A stretch of 32,000 bases of DNA from Candidatus Fimenecus sp. (lineage in GTDB: Bacteria; Bacillota; Clostridia; Oscillospirales; Acutalibacteraceae): contig JAZSDZ010000050.1 in the NCBI GenBank assembly GCA_045531435.1, forward strand, positions 2,807 to 34,806. Direction: 5' to 3'. Of the stretch, positions 20,480 through 29,287 are shown one piece after another; position 1 is the stretch's first letter; each line of letters starts with the position of its first letter. The notes below the pieces were generated by a model. It had not been told where the DNA came from. It worked only from the letters and a program-made list of their open reading frames with translations, and did no database searches. The translations under genes and the position numbers were made by a program.

Positions 20480-22825
20480 TTATACTTTTTTAACTACGCC
20501 CATATTTGCCATAATCTTTTTTGTACCAACTTTGTCAAAAGCAATTTCCATAAGTGTATCATTACCCATTGGTTTTAAAGAAATAATCATACCTTTGCCG
20601 AATACTCTATGAGTAACTGTTTCACCAACAATAAATGAATTTGTGGTTTGTTTTTGCGGTGCTTTGAAACCAACACCAAAGCCGCTTGTAACAGATTTTG
20701 ATTGAGTTGCAGTAATACTATTACGAATTGGAGTCTTTGGCTTAACAAGTGATTGCAAACAATCCTTAGGTAACTCATCAACAAATCGTGATGGTCTGTA
20801 ATATTTTGTTGAACCAAAAACCATCCTTGAACGAGCATTTAAAAGATATAATTTTTCTTTTGCTCTTGTAATACCAACATAAGCAAGTCTTCGTTCCTCT
20901 TCAATTTCAGATGCATCATTCATAGACTGAAGGCCAGGGAAAATGCCCTCTTCAAGACCCGGAATAAATACAACAGGAAATTCAAGGCCCTTAGAAGCGT
21001 GTAATGTCATAAGAACCACTGTATCACTTTCTGAATTATAATTGTCAATATCAGTAAGTAATGCAACTTCTTCAAGGAAATCAGAAAGTTCACTTTCAGG
21101 ATTTTCTTGGCTGAATCTGATGAGATTGGAATTTAATTCATCAAGGTTCTGTAATCTATCTTCTGCTTTATTCTTTTCGACTGACTCAAGATAAGATTTA
21201 TATCCAATTTCATTAAGCAATGAAATGAAAACAGATGACATGGATTCTCGTTCTAACAGATTTGAAAAGCCTTCAATCATCTGTGTAAATTCAACAAGCT
21301 TCTGTGAACTTCGTTTTAGTTTTTCGTACTCATCAGCAGTCTTAAACACCTGAAAAAGACTTATATTAAGTGCATCGGCAATTTCTTTAGCAGTTGAAAC
21401 TGTAGTAGCTCCAATTCCGCGTTTAGGAACATTAATAATTCTTTCAAGTCGAACACTATCATCATGATTAGCAATAACAGCAAGATATGCTATTGCATCT
21501 TTAATTTCCATTCTGTCGTAGAATTTATGACCACCAATAATCCTATATGGAATACCGCTTCTTACAAGACATCTCTCAAGCGAGTTAGACATTGAATTCA
21601 TACGATAAAGAACAGCAAAATCACTGAATTTCCTATTTGAATTCATTTGCTTCATTATTTCATCAGCAATAAACTTACCTTCAGAATATTCATCATCAAG
21701 TGTATTTAATACAACCTTATCGCCTTTTCCGTTTGATGTCCATAAATTCTTACCTTTACGCTGCTCATTATTTGAAATAATAGCGTTAGCTGCATCAAGA
21801 ATGTTTTGTGTTGAACGATAATTTTGTTCAAGTCTAATAACATGAGCATTTCTAAAATTTTTCTCAAAGCTCAAAATATTTTCAATAGTCGCACCACGGA
21901 ATTTATAAATACTCTGGTCATCATCACCAACAACGCAAATATTGTTATATCCTTCTGATAAAAGTTTTGTCAACTTAAATTGAGCGTGGTTAGTATCCTG
22001 ATACTCATCCACAAGAACATACTTAAATTTACCCTGATAATATTCTCTGACATCTGAATTTTCTTCAAGGAGTTTTACAGTATAATAAATAATGTCATCA
22101 AAATCCATTGCATCAGCACTCTTTAAAAGTTTCTGATATTTTTTATAGCACTCACCTATCTGTCTTTCTCTGAAATTTCCACTTCCAAGAATCAGAAACT
22201 CGTCGGGTGAAACAAGCTTATCTTTTGCTTTGCTGATTTCAGAAAGAATTGACTTATGCGACAAAATTTTATCATCAATATCAAGAAGACGCTGGCAATC
22301 CTTCATAACCCTTTTACTGTCATCAGTATCATAGATTGTAAAGTGTTTTGAAAAACCTAAATATTCAGCATTTCTGCGCAAAATACGAACACATATAGAG
22401 TGAAATGTTCCTGCCCAAATATCGTTTGCATCTTCACCTATTCTTAATGATAATCTGTCTTTAAGTTCATTAGCAGCTTTATTAGTAAATGTAAAAGCAA
22501 GTATCTCCCACGGTTTAGGTACATCAACAGATAATAAATCTCTGATATATGAATATACAGATTCATTTCCATCATAATATGACTTAAGTAATTCTAATGA
22601 ATCATCTTCAATTCGACCTGATATTACATCAGAATTATATGCACTACCAAACTTCATCAAATTAGCAATTCTGTTAACAAGAACAGTTGTTTTGCCACTA
22701 CCCGCACCTGCAAGAATTAAAAGCGGTCCATTTACTGACAAGACCGCTTCCAACTGCATAGGATTCATTTTATTAAATTCTTTTTCAATAATTTTATTTC
22801 TTAACTCACAGATTTGTGAATACAT
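20480..22825 (-). CDS. pcrA: ATP-dependent DNA helicase PcrA (UvrD family)
   Basis: 781 aa with Walker A AGAGSGKT, DEYQDTN, and the full set of SF1 motifs. AGGAGA SD present. Confidence 0.9.
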   Translation of the reverse strand: MYSQICELRNKIIEKEFNKMNPMQLEAVLSVNGPLLILAGAGSGKTTVLVNRIANLMKFGSAYNSDVISGRIEDDSLELLKSYYDGNESVYSYIRDLLSVDVPKPWEILAFTFTNKAANELKDRLSLRIGEDANDIWAGTFHSICVRILRRNAEYLGFSKHFTIYDTDDSKRVMKDCQRLLDIDDKILSHKSILSEISKAKDKLVSPDEFLILGSGNFRERQIGECYKKYQKLLKSADAMDFDDIIYYTVKLLEENSDVREYYQGKFKYVLVDEYQDTNHAQFKLTKLLSEGYNNICVVGDDDQSIYKFRGATIENILSFEKNFRNAHVIRLEQNYRSTQNILDAANAIISNNEQRKGKNLWTSNGKGDKVVLNTLDDEYSEGKFIADEIMKQMNSNRKFSDFAVLYRMNSMSNSLERCLVRSGIPYRIIGGHKFYDRMEIKDAIAYLAVIANHDDSVRLERIINVPKRGIGATTVSTAKEIADALNISLFQVFKTADEYEKLKRSSQKLVEFTQMIEGFSNLLERESMSSVFISLLNEIGYKSYLESVEKNKAEDRLQNLDELNSNLIRFSQENPESELSDFLEEVALLTDIDNYNSESDTVVLMTLHASKGLEFPVVFIPGLEEGIFPGLQSMNDASEIEEERRLAYVGITRAKEKLYLLNARSRMVFGSTKYYRPSRFVDELPKDCLQSLVKPKTPIRNSITATQSKSVTSGFGVGFKAPQKQTTNSFIVGETVTHRVFGKGMIISLKPMGNDTLMEIAFDKVGTKKIMANMGVVKKV

Positions 22826-22841
22826 TTAAATTCTCCTATTT

Positions 22842-23366
22842 CTAAAATAAAATATTTCCCTTATAATCAATGGCAACAATCAAGGGGAAATTATTAAATT
22901 CAAGTCTTTTTATGGATTCGCATCCTAAATCATCAAAAGCAATTACATCACAACTTGTAATACATTTGGACGCAAGAGCACCCGCTCCACCTGTTGAACA
23001 AAAATAGATGGCATTATTTTTGATTATAGAATCAACAACTTCAGAACTTCTTGGACCTTTACCAATCATAGCTTTTAAACCATTGTCTAATAGAGTTGGT
23101 GTAAATTTGTCCATTCTACTTGATGTAGTTGGGCCGCAACTTCCTATTGCTAAACCATTTGGTGTAGGAGTAGGACCTGCATAATAAACAAATGCATTAT
23201 TCAGTTCGAATGGCAAATCTTCACCATTCTCAAGCAGTTGTATGATTCTCTTGTGTGCAGCATCTCTTGCAGTATAAACAATGCCGGAAAGAAAAACACG
23301 GTCTCCGGCATTGAGAATATTAATATTTTTCAATACTTCGTCTGTATTATAGTAAAATTTCGCCAT
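22842..23366 (-). CDS. Fe-S type hydro-lyase beta subunit (class I fumarate hydratase / L-tartrate dehydratase C-terminal domain family)
   Basis: 174 aa. The GPTTSSRMD and STGGAGAL motifs are typical of FumA C-terminal domain/TtdB. It terminates at TAG (22842-22844), with a second in-frame TAG two codons later. Confidence 0.8.
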   Translation of the reverse strand: MAKFYYNTDEVLKNINILNAGDRVFLSGIVYTARDAAHKRIIQLLENGEDLPFELNNAFVYYAGPTPTPNGLAIGSCGPTTSSRMDKFTPTLLDNGLKAMIGKGPRSSEVVDSIIKNNAIYFCSTGGAGALASKCITSCDVIAFDDLGCESIKRLEFNNFPLIVAIDYKGNILF

Positions 23367-24094
23367 TACTCATCCTCTTCATCATATGATACAGAAACAT
23401 AACTCTCATCACGAACAGTATAAACAACATCATTATCAGAGTTTTCATCAATTACAGTTTCGTAGTCAAAATTATGAGCTTCAATTTCTGACAAATCAGT
23501 ATGAAGATTTAACAAATTAGATGCTGAAGAATTGAGTTTTGAACTGAGCGCATATACATCCTTATGTAATTGCTCAATAGATAAATTAAACTTTTTAGAA
23601 ATTGTATCTACATCTTTTAAGAGTGATTCTATTTCTGCAGCTTCTCTCTTAATATCCTGAGATGCAAAAGCACCAATGTCCTTTGCTTTACTCTTAGCAT
23701 TTTCAACTAAATCATCAGAATAACGACGAGCATCAATGTATGCCGCACCAATTTGTTTTTCAGCACGACGAAGTTTTTCAGATTTTTCATCATATTCAAC
23801 AGATTTTTCATTGAGTTGTTTATTTTCAAGAATTGCATCATTAAGTTTTTCTTTAAGAGTTTCTATTTCTATTTCTTTTTCAGCAAGCTTATCAGAAACA
23901 CCGGAAAGAGAATCAAGTTTATCCTCAAGTTCTGCAATCTTATTTTTTAAATCAAGAACTTCCTCTCGTTTACTATCAAGACTTTCTTTCACATCAGCTG
24001 TTTCAGTCTGTAACTGTTCAATCACACTAAGAACATCTGATTTTTTAAATCCGCCGAAAAGCGAAGTTTTCATAATAGTTAAATCATTTGCCAT
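23366..24094 (-). CDS. Acidic coiled-coil protein, weakly DivIVA-like N-terminus
   Basis: 242 aa. The N-terminal FGGFKKSDVLSVIEQL resembles the DivIVA-type F..GY...V..F motif, followed by long heptad-like K/E-rich repeats. Has a TAATG overlap with the downstream gene. Confidence 0.4.
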   Translation of the reverse strand: MANDLTIMKTSLFGGFKKSDVLSVIEQLQTETADVKESLDSKREEVLDLKNKIAELEDKLDSLSGVSDKLAEKEIEIETLKEKLNDAILENKQLNEKSVEYDEKSEKLRRAEKQIGAAYIDARRYSDDLVENAKSKAKDIGAFASQDIKREAAEIESLLKDVDTISKKFNLSIEQLHKDVYALSSKLNSSASNLLNLHTDLSEIEAHNFDYETVIDENSDNDVVYTVRDESYVSVSYDEEDE

Positions 24095-24245
24095 ATAAAT
24101 TTACCTCTTATGTCTTTTATTCAACTTATTTTAACAGATTATTTTAAATAAAACAACACAAAATGAAAAATTTATTATTATATGGTAAAAAATAATAGAC
24201 AACAAAGAATTTTAGTTGTAAAATAAAAAATAAGGAGGAATTATT

Positions 24246-25217
24246 ATGAAAAAGTCAACTAAAACTGCTTTAAAAACTGTGGGAATTATTGGTACATCCG
24301 CTCTTGCTACCTACTATATGATTGGTAATTGTTTCTATCTATTTACACTTACAAAAAAGGGATTAGAAACACCATTTGTAGCAAAAATAGCAAGTGGCTC
24401 TAAAAAGGATGATGAAGAAAAAATCAGACTTAATAAATTAATGGAATTAGGAAAAAATTGGTTTAATCAGGCAGACAAAGAAAAATTAGCTATTAAATCT
24501 TCTCATTTTAATAAAAATCTTCACGCTGATTACATTTTTCCTGATAAAGAAAGTGATGTATGTGTAATTGTTATTCACGGTTATACATCTAATCCATGTT
24601 CGATGGGCGTATATGCTCAAAAATATCATGAATTAGGATACAATGTACTTATGCCGAGTCTTAATGGTCATGCTGATAGTGAAACAGGTATTATTACAAT
24701 GGGATGGTATGACAGACTTGATATTCTTGACTGGATAAATTTTCTCACTGAAAGTAACCCAAACATTAAAATAATTCTTCATGGTGTTTCAATGGGTGCC
24801 GCAACAACGATGATGACTACAGGTGAAGAACTTCCATGTAATGTTAAATTGGCAATTGCTGATTGTGGATACACATCTGTATGGGATATTTTTGATAATA
24901 AAATCAGAAATAATTTTAAAATGCATACATTCCCTACTCTCTACAGTGCTAACACAGTTAATAAAATTTATACTGGATTTGACTTTAAAAAAGCATCTTC
25001 AGTTGAACAGCTAAAAAAATCAAAAACTCCTACAATATTTATTCATGGTGATAAAGATACATTTGTACCTTACGAAATGCTTGATAAAGTTTATGAAGCT
25101 TGTGCATCAGAGAAAGAAAAGTTGACAATTCCAAATTCTCCACACGCACGAAACTCCTGTTCAAATCCCGAACTATACTGGAATTCAGTTTGTAATTTTA
25201 TTAATAGATATATGTAA
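24246..25217 (+). CDS. Membrane-anchored alpha/beta hydrolase
   Basis: N-terminal TM helix. Contains HG oxyanion motif (VIHGYT), nucleophile elbow GVSMGA, and late D/H residues. Confidence 0.75.
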   Translation: MKKSTKTALKTVGIIGTSALATYYMIGNCFYLFTLTKKGLETPFVAKIASGSKKDDEEKIRLNKLMELGKNWFNQADKEKLAIKSSHFNKNLHADYIFPDKESDVCVIVIHGYTSNPCSMGVYAQKYHELGYNVLMPSLNGHADSETGIITMGWYDRLDILDWINFLTESNPNIKIILHGVSMGAATTMMTTGEELPCNVKLAIADCGYTSVWDIFDNKIRNNFKMHTFPTLYSANTVNKIYTGFDFKKASSVEQLKKSKTPTIFIHGDKDTFVPYEMLDKVYEACASEKEKLTIPNSPHARNSCSNPELYWNSVCNFINRYM

Positions 25218-25226
25218 GCATAAAAT

Positions 25227-25248
25227 AAGCCGACCATCAGGTCGGCTT
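25227..25248. terminator. Bidirectional terminator
   Basis: Stem AAGCCGACC/GGTCGGCTT with loop ATCA, between convergent genes. Confidence 0.65.
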
Positions 25249-25258
25249 ACTTTATTAT

Positions 25259-27316
25259 TTATAGTGATTCTATTTCTCCACTTTTATATTTAAAAATTTT
25301 CAATGCATCTGCCAATTCTACTTTGCCATTTTTATCTGTATCAGCAGCCTTTAAAGCAGTTGAAGACAATGTAATTTCATTTGTTTTATATTTAAAGATT
25401 AAAAGTGCATCAGAAATTGTAACATATCCATCTGCATCAATATCACCAATTATTACATCATTGGAAACAGTCACTTTACAAATTGAAGTATGTGCACCAA
25501 CCTTTGCTGTAATTGTAGCTGTACCTTTTCCAATAGCAATCACTTTTCCATCTTCGACTGTAGCAACAGATTTATCTGATGATGTCCATATAATTGCCTT
25601 ACTATCAGTTGTATTTGATGGGTTATATTTGACTGTTAGTGTTTTTGATTCCCCATTAAACATTGATAATTCTGTTTTGTCAAGAGAAATTCCTTTAAGT
25701 GGTATTTCATTTTCTGTACTTCTTACGATATCAATATAATATGTTCTTGAATCACCATTTTCAGCCTTAACAACAACCTTAATATTATTTGTACCACCTG
25801 AAAGTTGAACTTTCCCTATTCCACTTACTGTAGCCTTTGAATTAACTGTTTTAGCAGTGATATTCACAGAAGAAACTGATTCAGCAACAGTTAAAGTATA
25901 ACCTGATGTTTTACCACCATCAAAATTAAAAGTTAAACCTTCGATTGTCAAAGAACTTAACCAATTATTAGGACTTGCATTACTATTTTTTGGTAAAGGA
26001 CAAGCTTTTTCAGGCATATTCTTAAAATAAGGAATAATGAAAGTAAAATTCTCATTAAGAATGCCTAATTTAGAATAAGATTTATACACAGTTTCAGCTT
26101 CTTTATATGGTGCAATAATGTTACTCATATATTGATGAGTCCACACTTTATTCACAACATTAAATTTTTGATAATACAATGTATCCTGATTTCTATTTAT
26201 GTATCCTGCACCAATCCACTTAGCACCACCAACAATTGCCTTATATGGTGTATTCCAAGGAATATCATAATTTTTCTTATCAGATTCAGATGCAGTATCA
26301 CCTCTTGCATATTTTAGAGCATTTCCAACAGGGTCACTACCGGCGAATGCGTGTATATTATAAAAATTATAGTATCCTGCATATGAGCCATATGTGCCAC
26401 TTGTGGAATCGCTACCGTTTTTGCCAACTTCTTGAATTGTTCTTGAAGCAAGGTGATATGGACTAACTTTTGACTGAAAACCGGCATCGATATATGCCTG
26501 AGCATATGAAACAGCTTGTCCACTTGTATTCTTTGTAGTTTTGCCATCCATAAACGAACCATCAATTATTGCATTAACACCGTTTATTGTGTGTGAAGTC
26601 GAATTATATTTTAAAGACTCAAACATAAAAACATCTTTTTCGTTAAAGAAATTTCTTGGGTCCATATAATGTGCAATTGTTTGTTTATTAGCTTGATACC
26701 AGCCACCACTATCCTGCGAAATCCATTTGTCGGTTCGCCAGTTATAAGCACCAGACTGTGTAGAACGATATGATATAGGATAAACATAGTTTACAAGACT
26801 GCGACTGAGAAAACCTTGTGCATCCTCTTCAAATAAGCTTGACCACTCTATACCGGTGTCATAAAAAACAAATTTCCAATTAGGATGTTCATTAATCAAA
26901 TCTTTAATATATGATTTGTATAATTCAGGAACACCATCGGGCATAATACCACCAGGACTATCCTGTGTTTTTTCTCTTACAAATTTTGCTGAAATAAATC
27001 CTTCGTATTCGACACCATTATACTTAAACTTAATATAACACCATTTAGGATGATTATCGTCGCCATCACTGTCAACAGTGTCAAGAATAGTCACAATATC
27101 ACCTGTATTAAGATTAATTGTATTACCATTATGTTTCAAAATATTATTTGTTGAAACAGATGTAGGCGAAGTTCTGACACGAACAGAATCATGTGTTATA
27201 TAGCCTGTTTTAGATTCAGCTGAAACAGAAAAAACAGAAGAGAACGAAAATAAAATAGAACATACTAAAATAATGGAAATAATACTCTTAATATATTTAT
27301 TTTGCATTCTTCTCAC
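25259..27316 (-). CDS. Secreted multidomain protein: SH3-like, glucosaminidase (GH73-like), cadherin-like beta-sandwich, Big_2 and type I dockerin domains
   Basis: Signal peptide present. The SH3b-like segment is GYITHDSVRVRTSP. The glucosaminidase-like core has SPYHLASRTIQEVG, YYNFYNI, TLYYQKFNV and HQYMSNIIAP. The Big_2 segment is TLTVKYNPSNTTDSKAIIWTSSDKSVATV. The dockerin is a duplicated Ca-binding segment: DIDADGYVTISDAL and DTDKNGKVELADAL. Confidence 0.75.
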   Translation of the reverse strand: MRRMQNKYIKSIISIILVCSILFSFSSVFSVSAESKTGYITHDSVRVRTSPTSVSTNNILKHNGNTINLNTGDIVTILDTVDSDGDDNHPKWCYIKFKYNGVEYEGFISAKFVREKTQDSPGGIMPDGVPELYKSYIKDLINEHPNWKFVFYDTGIEWSSLFEEDAQGFLSRSLVNYVYPISYRSTQSGAYNWRTDKWISQDSGGWYQANKQTIAHYMDPRNFFNEKDVFMFESLKYNSTSHTINGVNAIIDGSFMDGKTTKNTSGQAVSYAQAYIDAGFQSKVSPYHLASRTIQEVGKNGSDSTSGTYGSYAGYYNFYNIHAFAGSDPVGNALKYARGDTASESDKKNYDIPWNTPYKAIVGGAKWIGAGYINRNQDTLYYQKFNVVNKVWTHQYMSNIIAPYKEAETVYKSYSKLGILNENFTFIIPYFKNMPEKACPLPKNSNASPNNWLSSLTIEGLTFNFDGGKTSGYTLTVAESVSSVNITAKTVNSKATVSGIGKVQLSGGTNNIKVVVKAENGDSRTYYIDIVRSTENEIPLKGISLDKTELSMFNGESKTLTVKYNPSNTTDSKAIIWTSSDKSVATVEDGKVIAIGKGTATITAKVGAHTSICKVTVSNDVIIGDIDADGYVTISDALLIFKYKTNEITLSSTALKAADTDKNGKVELADALKIFKYKSGEIESL

Positions 27317-27410
27317 ATCCTTAAAAATATTTGTCTATATTTTACCAAATAATAAGAAAATCGTCAAGTTTGATAAATTTTCCAATTTTTTTTAAAATTT
27401 AAAATTACTA

Positions 27411-27456
27411 TTGACATTTAATTATTTTATGATATAATAACGATAATCATTACTGT
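27411..27456 (+). promoter_or_regulatory. Promoter with an overlapping Fur/PerR-type box upstream of the perR-like gene
   Basis: TTGACA (27411-27416) and TATAAT (27433-27438) are separated by 16 nt. Immediately after and overlapping lies TAACGATAATCATTACTGTTA, which contains GATAATCATTA (Fur-box-like core, imperfect dyad). Confidence 0.5.
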
Positions 27457-27471
27457 TAGTGAGGTGAGAAA

Positions 27472-27846
27472 ATGGCATTAGAAAGAAAAAGCAAGCAGCG
27501 TGATGCAATAATTAATGAACTTTGTTCACGATATGACCATCCTACTGCAATGGACCTATATCTTACAATCAGAGAATATATTCCTAACATAAGTTTGGGT
27601 ACGTTATATAGGAATTTATCACAATTAGAAGAAAATGGGATGGTTTTACGAATTCCTGATGGGTCAACCGACCGATTTGATGGGAATGTTAATCCACACG
27701 CTCATTTCAAGTGTACTACTTGTGGTAATGTTTATGATTTAATGTCATTCAAAAACGACTCAATCTCCTTTTCAGATGATATAATAAGTAAAGTTAATAA
27801 TTACAGTTTAATGGCCTTTGGGTTGTGTATAAATTGTAATAAATAA
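27472..27846 (+). CDS. perR: Fur family transcriptional regulator, likely peroxide-responsive (PerR-like)
   Basis: 124 aa with a Fur-family wHTH and two CxxC pairs (CTTCG, CINCN). Sits directly upstream of a rubrerythrin gene. The PerR subtype is inferred from context. Confidence 0.75.
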   Translation: MALERKSKQRDAIINELCSRYDHPTAMDLYLTIREYIPNISLGTLYRNLSQLEENGMVLRIPDGSTDRFDGNVNPHAHFKCTTCGNVYDLMSFKNDSISFSDDIISKVNNYSLMAFGLCINCNK

Positions 27847-27874
27847 ATTAAAATTTATTTTTGGAGGAAATAAT

Positions 27875-28420
27875 ATGAAAAAGTTTGTATGTTCAGTTTG
27901 CGGTTATGTTCATGAAGGAGATTCAGCTCCTGAAAGATGCCCACAGTGCAAAGTTCCTGCTGACAAGTTCAATGAAGTTAAAGAAGATGAAAGAACTTGG
28001 GCTGCAGAACACGTTGTAGGTGTTGCTAAAGGTGCATCAGAAGATATCATTATGGACCTTCGTGCTAATTTTGAAGGAGAATGTTCAGAGGTTGGTATGT
28101 ACCTTGCTATGGCAAGAGTTGCTCACCGTGAAGGCTATCCTGAAATCGGTCTTTACTGGGAAAAAGCTGCTTGGGAAGAAGCGGAACACGCAGCAAAGTT
28201 TGCTGAGCTCCTTGGTGAAGTTGTAACAGACAGTACAAAGAAAAATCTTGAAATGAGAGTTGATGCTGAAAACGGCGCAACTATGGGTAAATTTAACCTT
28301 GCAAAACGTGCAAAAGAACAAGGTCTTGATGCAATCCACGATACAGTTCATGAAATGGCTCGTGACGAAGCAAGACACGGTAAGGCATTCGAAGGTCTTC
28401 TTAAGAGATATTTCAACTAA
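27875..28420 (+). CDS. Reverse rubrerythrin (N-terminal rubredoxin-like domain, C-terminal diiron domain)
   Basis: 181 aa. N-terminal CSVCG...CPQC is followed by ferritin-like EExH motifs, the reverse of the domain order in the gene at 6492-7040. Confidence 0.85.
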   Translation: MKKFVCSVCGYVHEGDSAPERCPQCKVPADKFNEVKEDERTWAAEHVVGVAKGASEDIIMDLRANFEGECSEVGMYLAMARVAHREGYPEIGLYWEKAAWEEAEHAAKFAELLGEVVTDSTKKNLEMRVDAENGATMGKFNLAKRAKEQGLDAIHDTVHEMARDEARHGKAFEGLLKRYFN

Positions 28421-28446
28421 TCCCCTATTCTTATAAATATACTATT

Positions 28447-28478
28447 ACGAGTGGCTTAATGGTCACTCGTATTTTTTT
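28447..28478 (+). terminator. Rho-independent terminator of the perR-rubrerythrin operon
   Basis: Stem ACGAGTG/CACTCGT is followed by ATTTTTTT. Confidence 0.7.
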
Positions 28479-28501
28479 GCCTTAACATACATAAGTCGTC
28501 A

Positions 28502-28570
28502 AAAAGTGGTCAACAAGTCTTTAAAACACTTCTATTATCACCTAAAAGTGGTCATAAAAAAAAGTGGTCA
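28502..28570 (+). repeat. Three direct copies of AAAAGTGGTCA
   Basis: Exact 11-mers occur at 28502-28512, 28544-28554 and 28560-28570, in non-coding DNA just inside the putative element boundary. Confidence 0.8.
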
Positions 28571-28583
28571 TCCTTGTAACAAC

Positions 28584-28659
28584 ATATTAACAAAATTTAT
28601 TTAACTATTCAACAAAATATTAACAACTTTTCTACAACTTTTTTGAGAAAAATATTAAC
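28584..28659 (+). repeat. Three direct copies of ATATTAAC(AA)
   Basis: ATATTAACAA occurs at 28584-28593 and 28617-28626, and ATATTAAC at 28652-28659. Start-to-start spacing is 33 and 35 bp. Confidence 0.7.
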
Positions 28660-28695
28660 TTGTCGTTTTTAAAGCACAGGTTACTTGTTTTAGAG

Positions 28696-28704
28696 TGATA
28701 TAAT
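28696..28704 (+). promoter_or_regulatory. Candidate extended -10 promoter for the tandem paralog genes
   Basis: TGATATAAT (the TGnTATAAT form). No good -35 element. It would give an A-rich leader of about 145 nt. Confidence 0.35.
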
Positions 28705-28856
28705 ATAGACACAACAAAGGGAGAGACACCAAAACAAAAAACCAAAAGGAGTGAGTAAACAAGAGGTAAATGGTTAATCCCTAAGTTAAATAAAACAATA
28801 TTAAAATAATAAAAAATAAGGTGACGACTTACCGTTTTAAGAAAGGAAACTTCAAT

Positions 28857-29264
28857 ATGAAAAATACTATCAGAGAAACAAAAATTGACCTTGCAAACAA
28901 CCTTACAATCGACCACGCAAACAAAACAATTACAGTGACAAAACAGTTCCAAAAGGCTTCAGGAAAATATGGTTCAGAAGAATATTTAGTTTGTGAAGAA
29001 CTTATGTCAAAGTTTAAAGACTATCGTTTTGTAGTAAGAACACAGAAAAAGAGAAAGTCAACAACACTCTCATATGATGAAATGACAAAATACATTTCAA
29101 AGCACGACGATAACGGTGAAATCATGAATGAGTTCCTTGTTATGAGAGGCTTAAAAGCAAATGAAAACAATGAAAAGACATCAGAGTCACCAAAAGAGAT
29201 TAGAAATTGGTTTTTCACAAAATATCCTGAACTCAAGAAAATCAATGAAAAAAAAGTTGCTTAA
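28857..29264 (+). CDS. Hypothetical protein, paralog A of a tandem pair
   Basis: ATG 28857 follows an AAAGGA SD (the GTG at 28821 in the track is less likely). Shares DHAN, EY, F..Y...VR, L.YD.M.KYI, W.F.KYPE and terminal KVA blocks with the next ORF. Confidence 0.65.
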   Translation: MKNTIRETKIDLANNLTIDHANKTITVTKQFQKASGKYGSEEYLVCEELMSKFKDYRFVVRTQKKRKSTTLSYDEMTKYISKHDDNGEIMNEFLVMRGLKANENNEKTSESPKEIRNWFFTKYPELKKINEKKVA

Positions 29265-29287
29265 TTAAGAAAGGAAGGTAATAAATT

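Noticed and set aside
84-28378. Numerous 60-150 aa track ORFs antisense to, or out of frame within, the large genes. Examples: 84-377, 860-1063, 1585-1851, 1820-2188, 4182-4499, 5177-5593, 6483-6941, 6743-6985, 7208-7405, 7609-7885, 8400-9137, 10374-10574, 11168-11362, 12554-13187, 13897-14567, 15856-16518, 20587-20838, 23736-24098, 24823-25014, 25323-26565, 28020-28378
   Set aside because: All lie inside well-supported genes with recognisable products. They have low-complexity or hydrophobic compositions typical of AT-rich shadow frames, and they lack ribosome-binding sites.
28632-28952. 106-aa minus-strand ORF from the track
   Set aside because: It is Cys/Phe-rich and low-complexity with no SD. 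It overlaps the promoter, leader and start of the plus-strand paralog gene. It looks like a shadow ORF.
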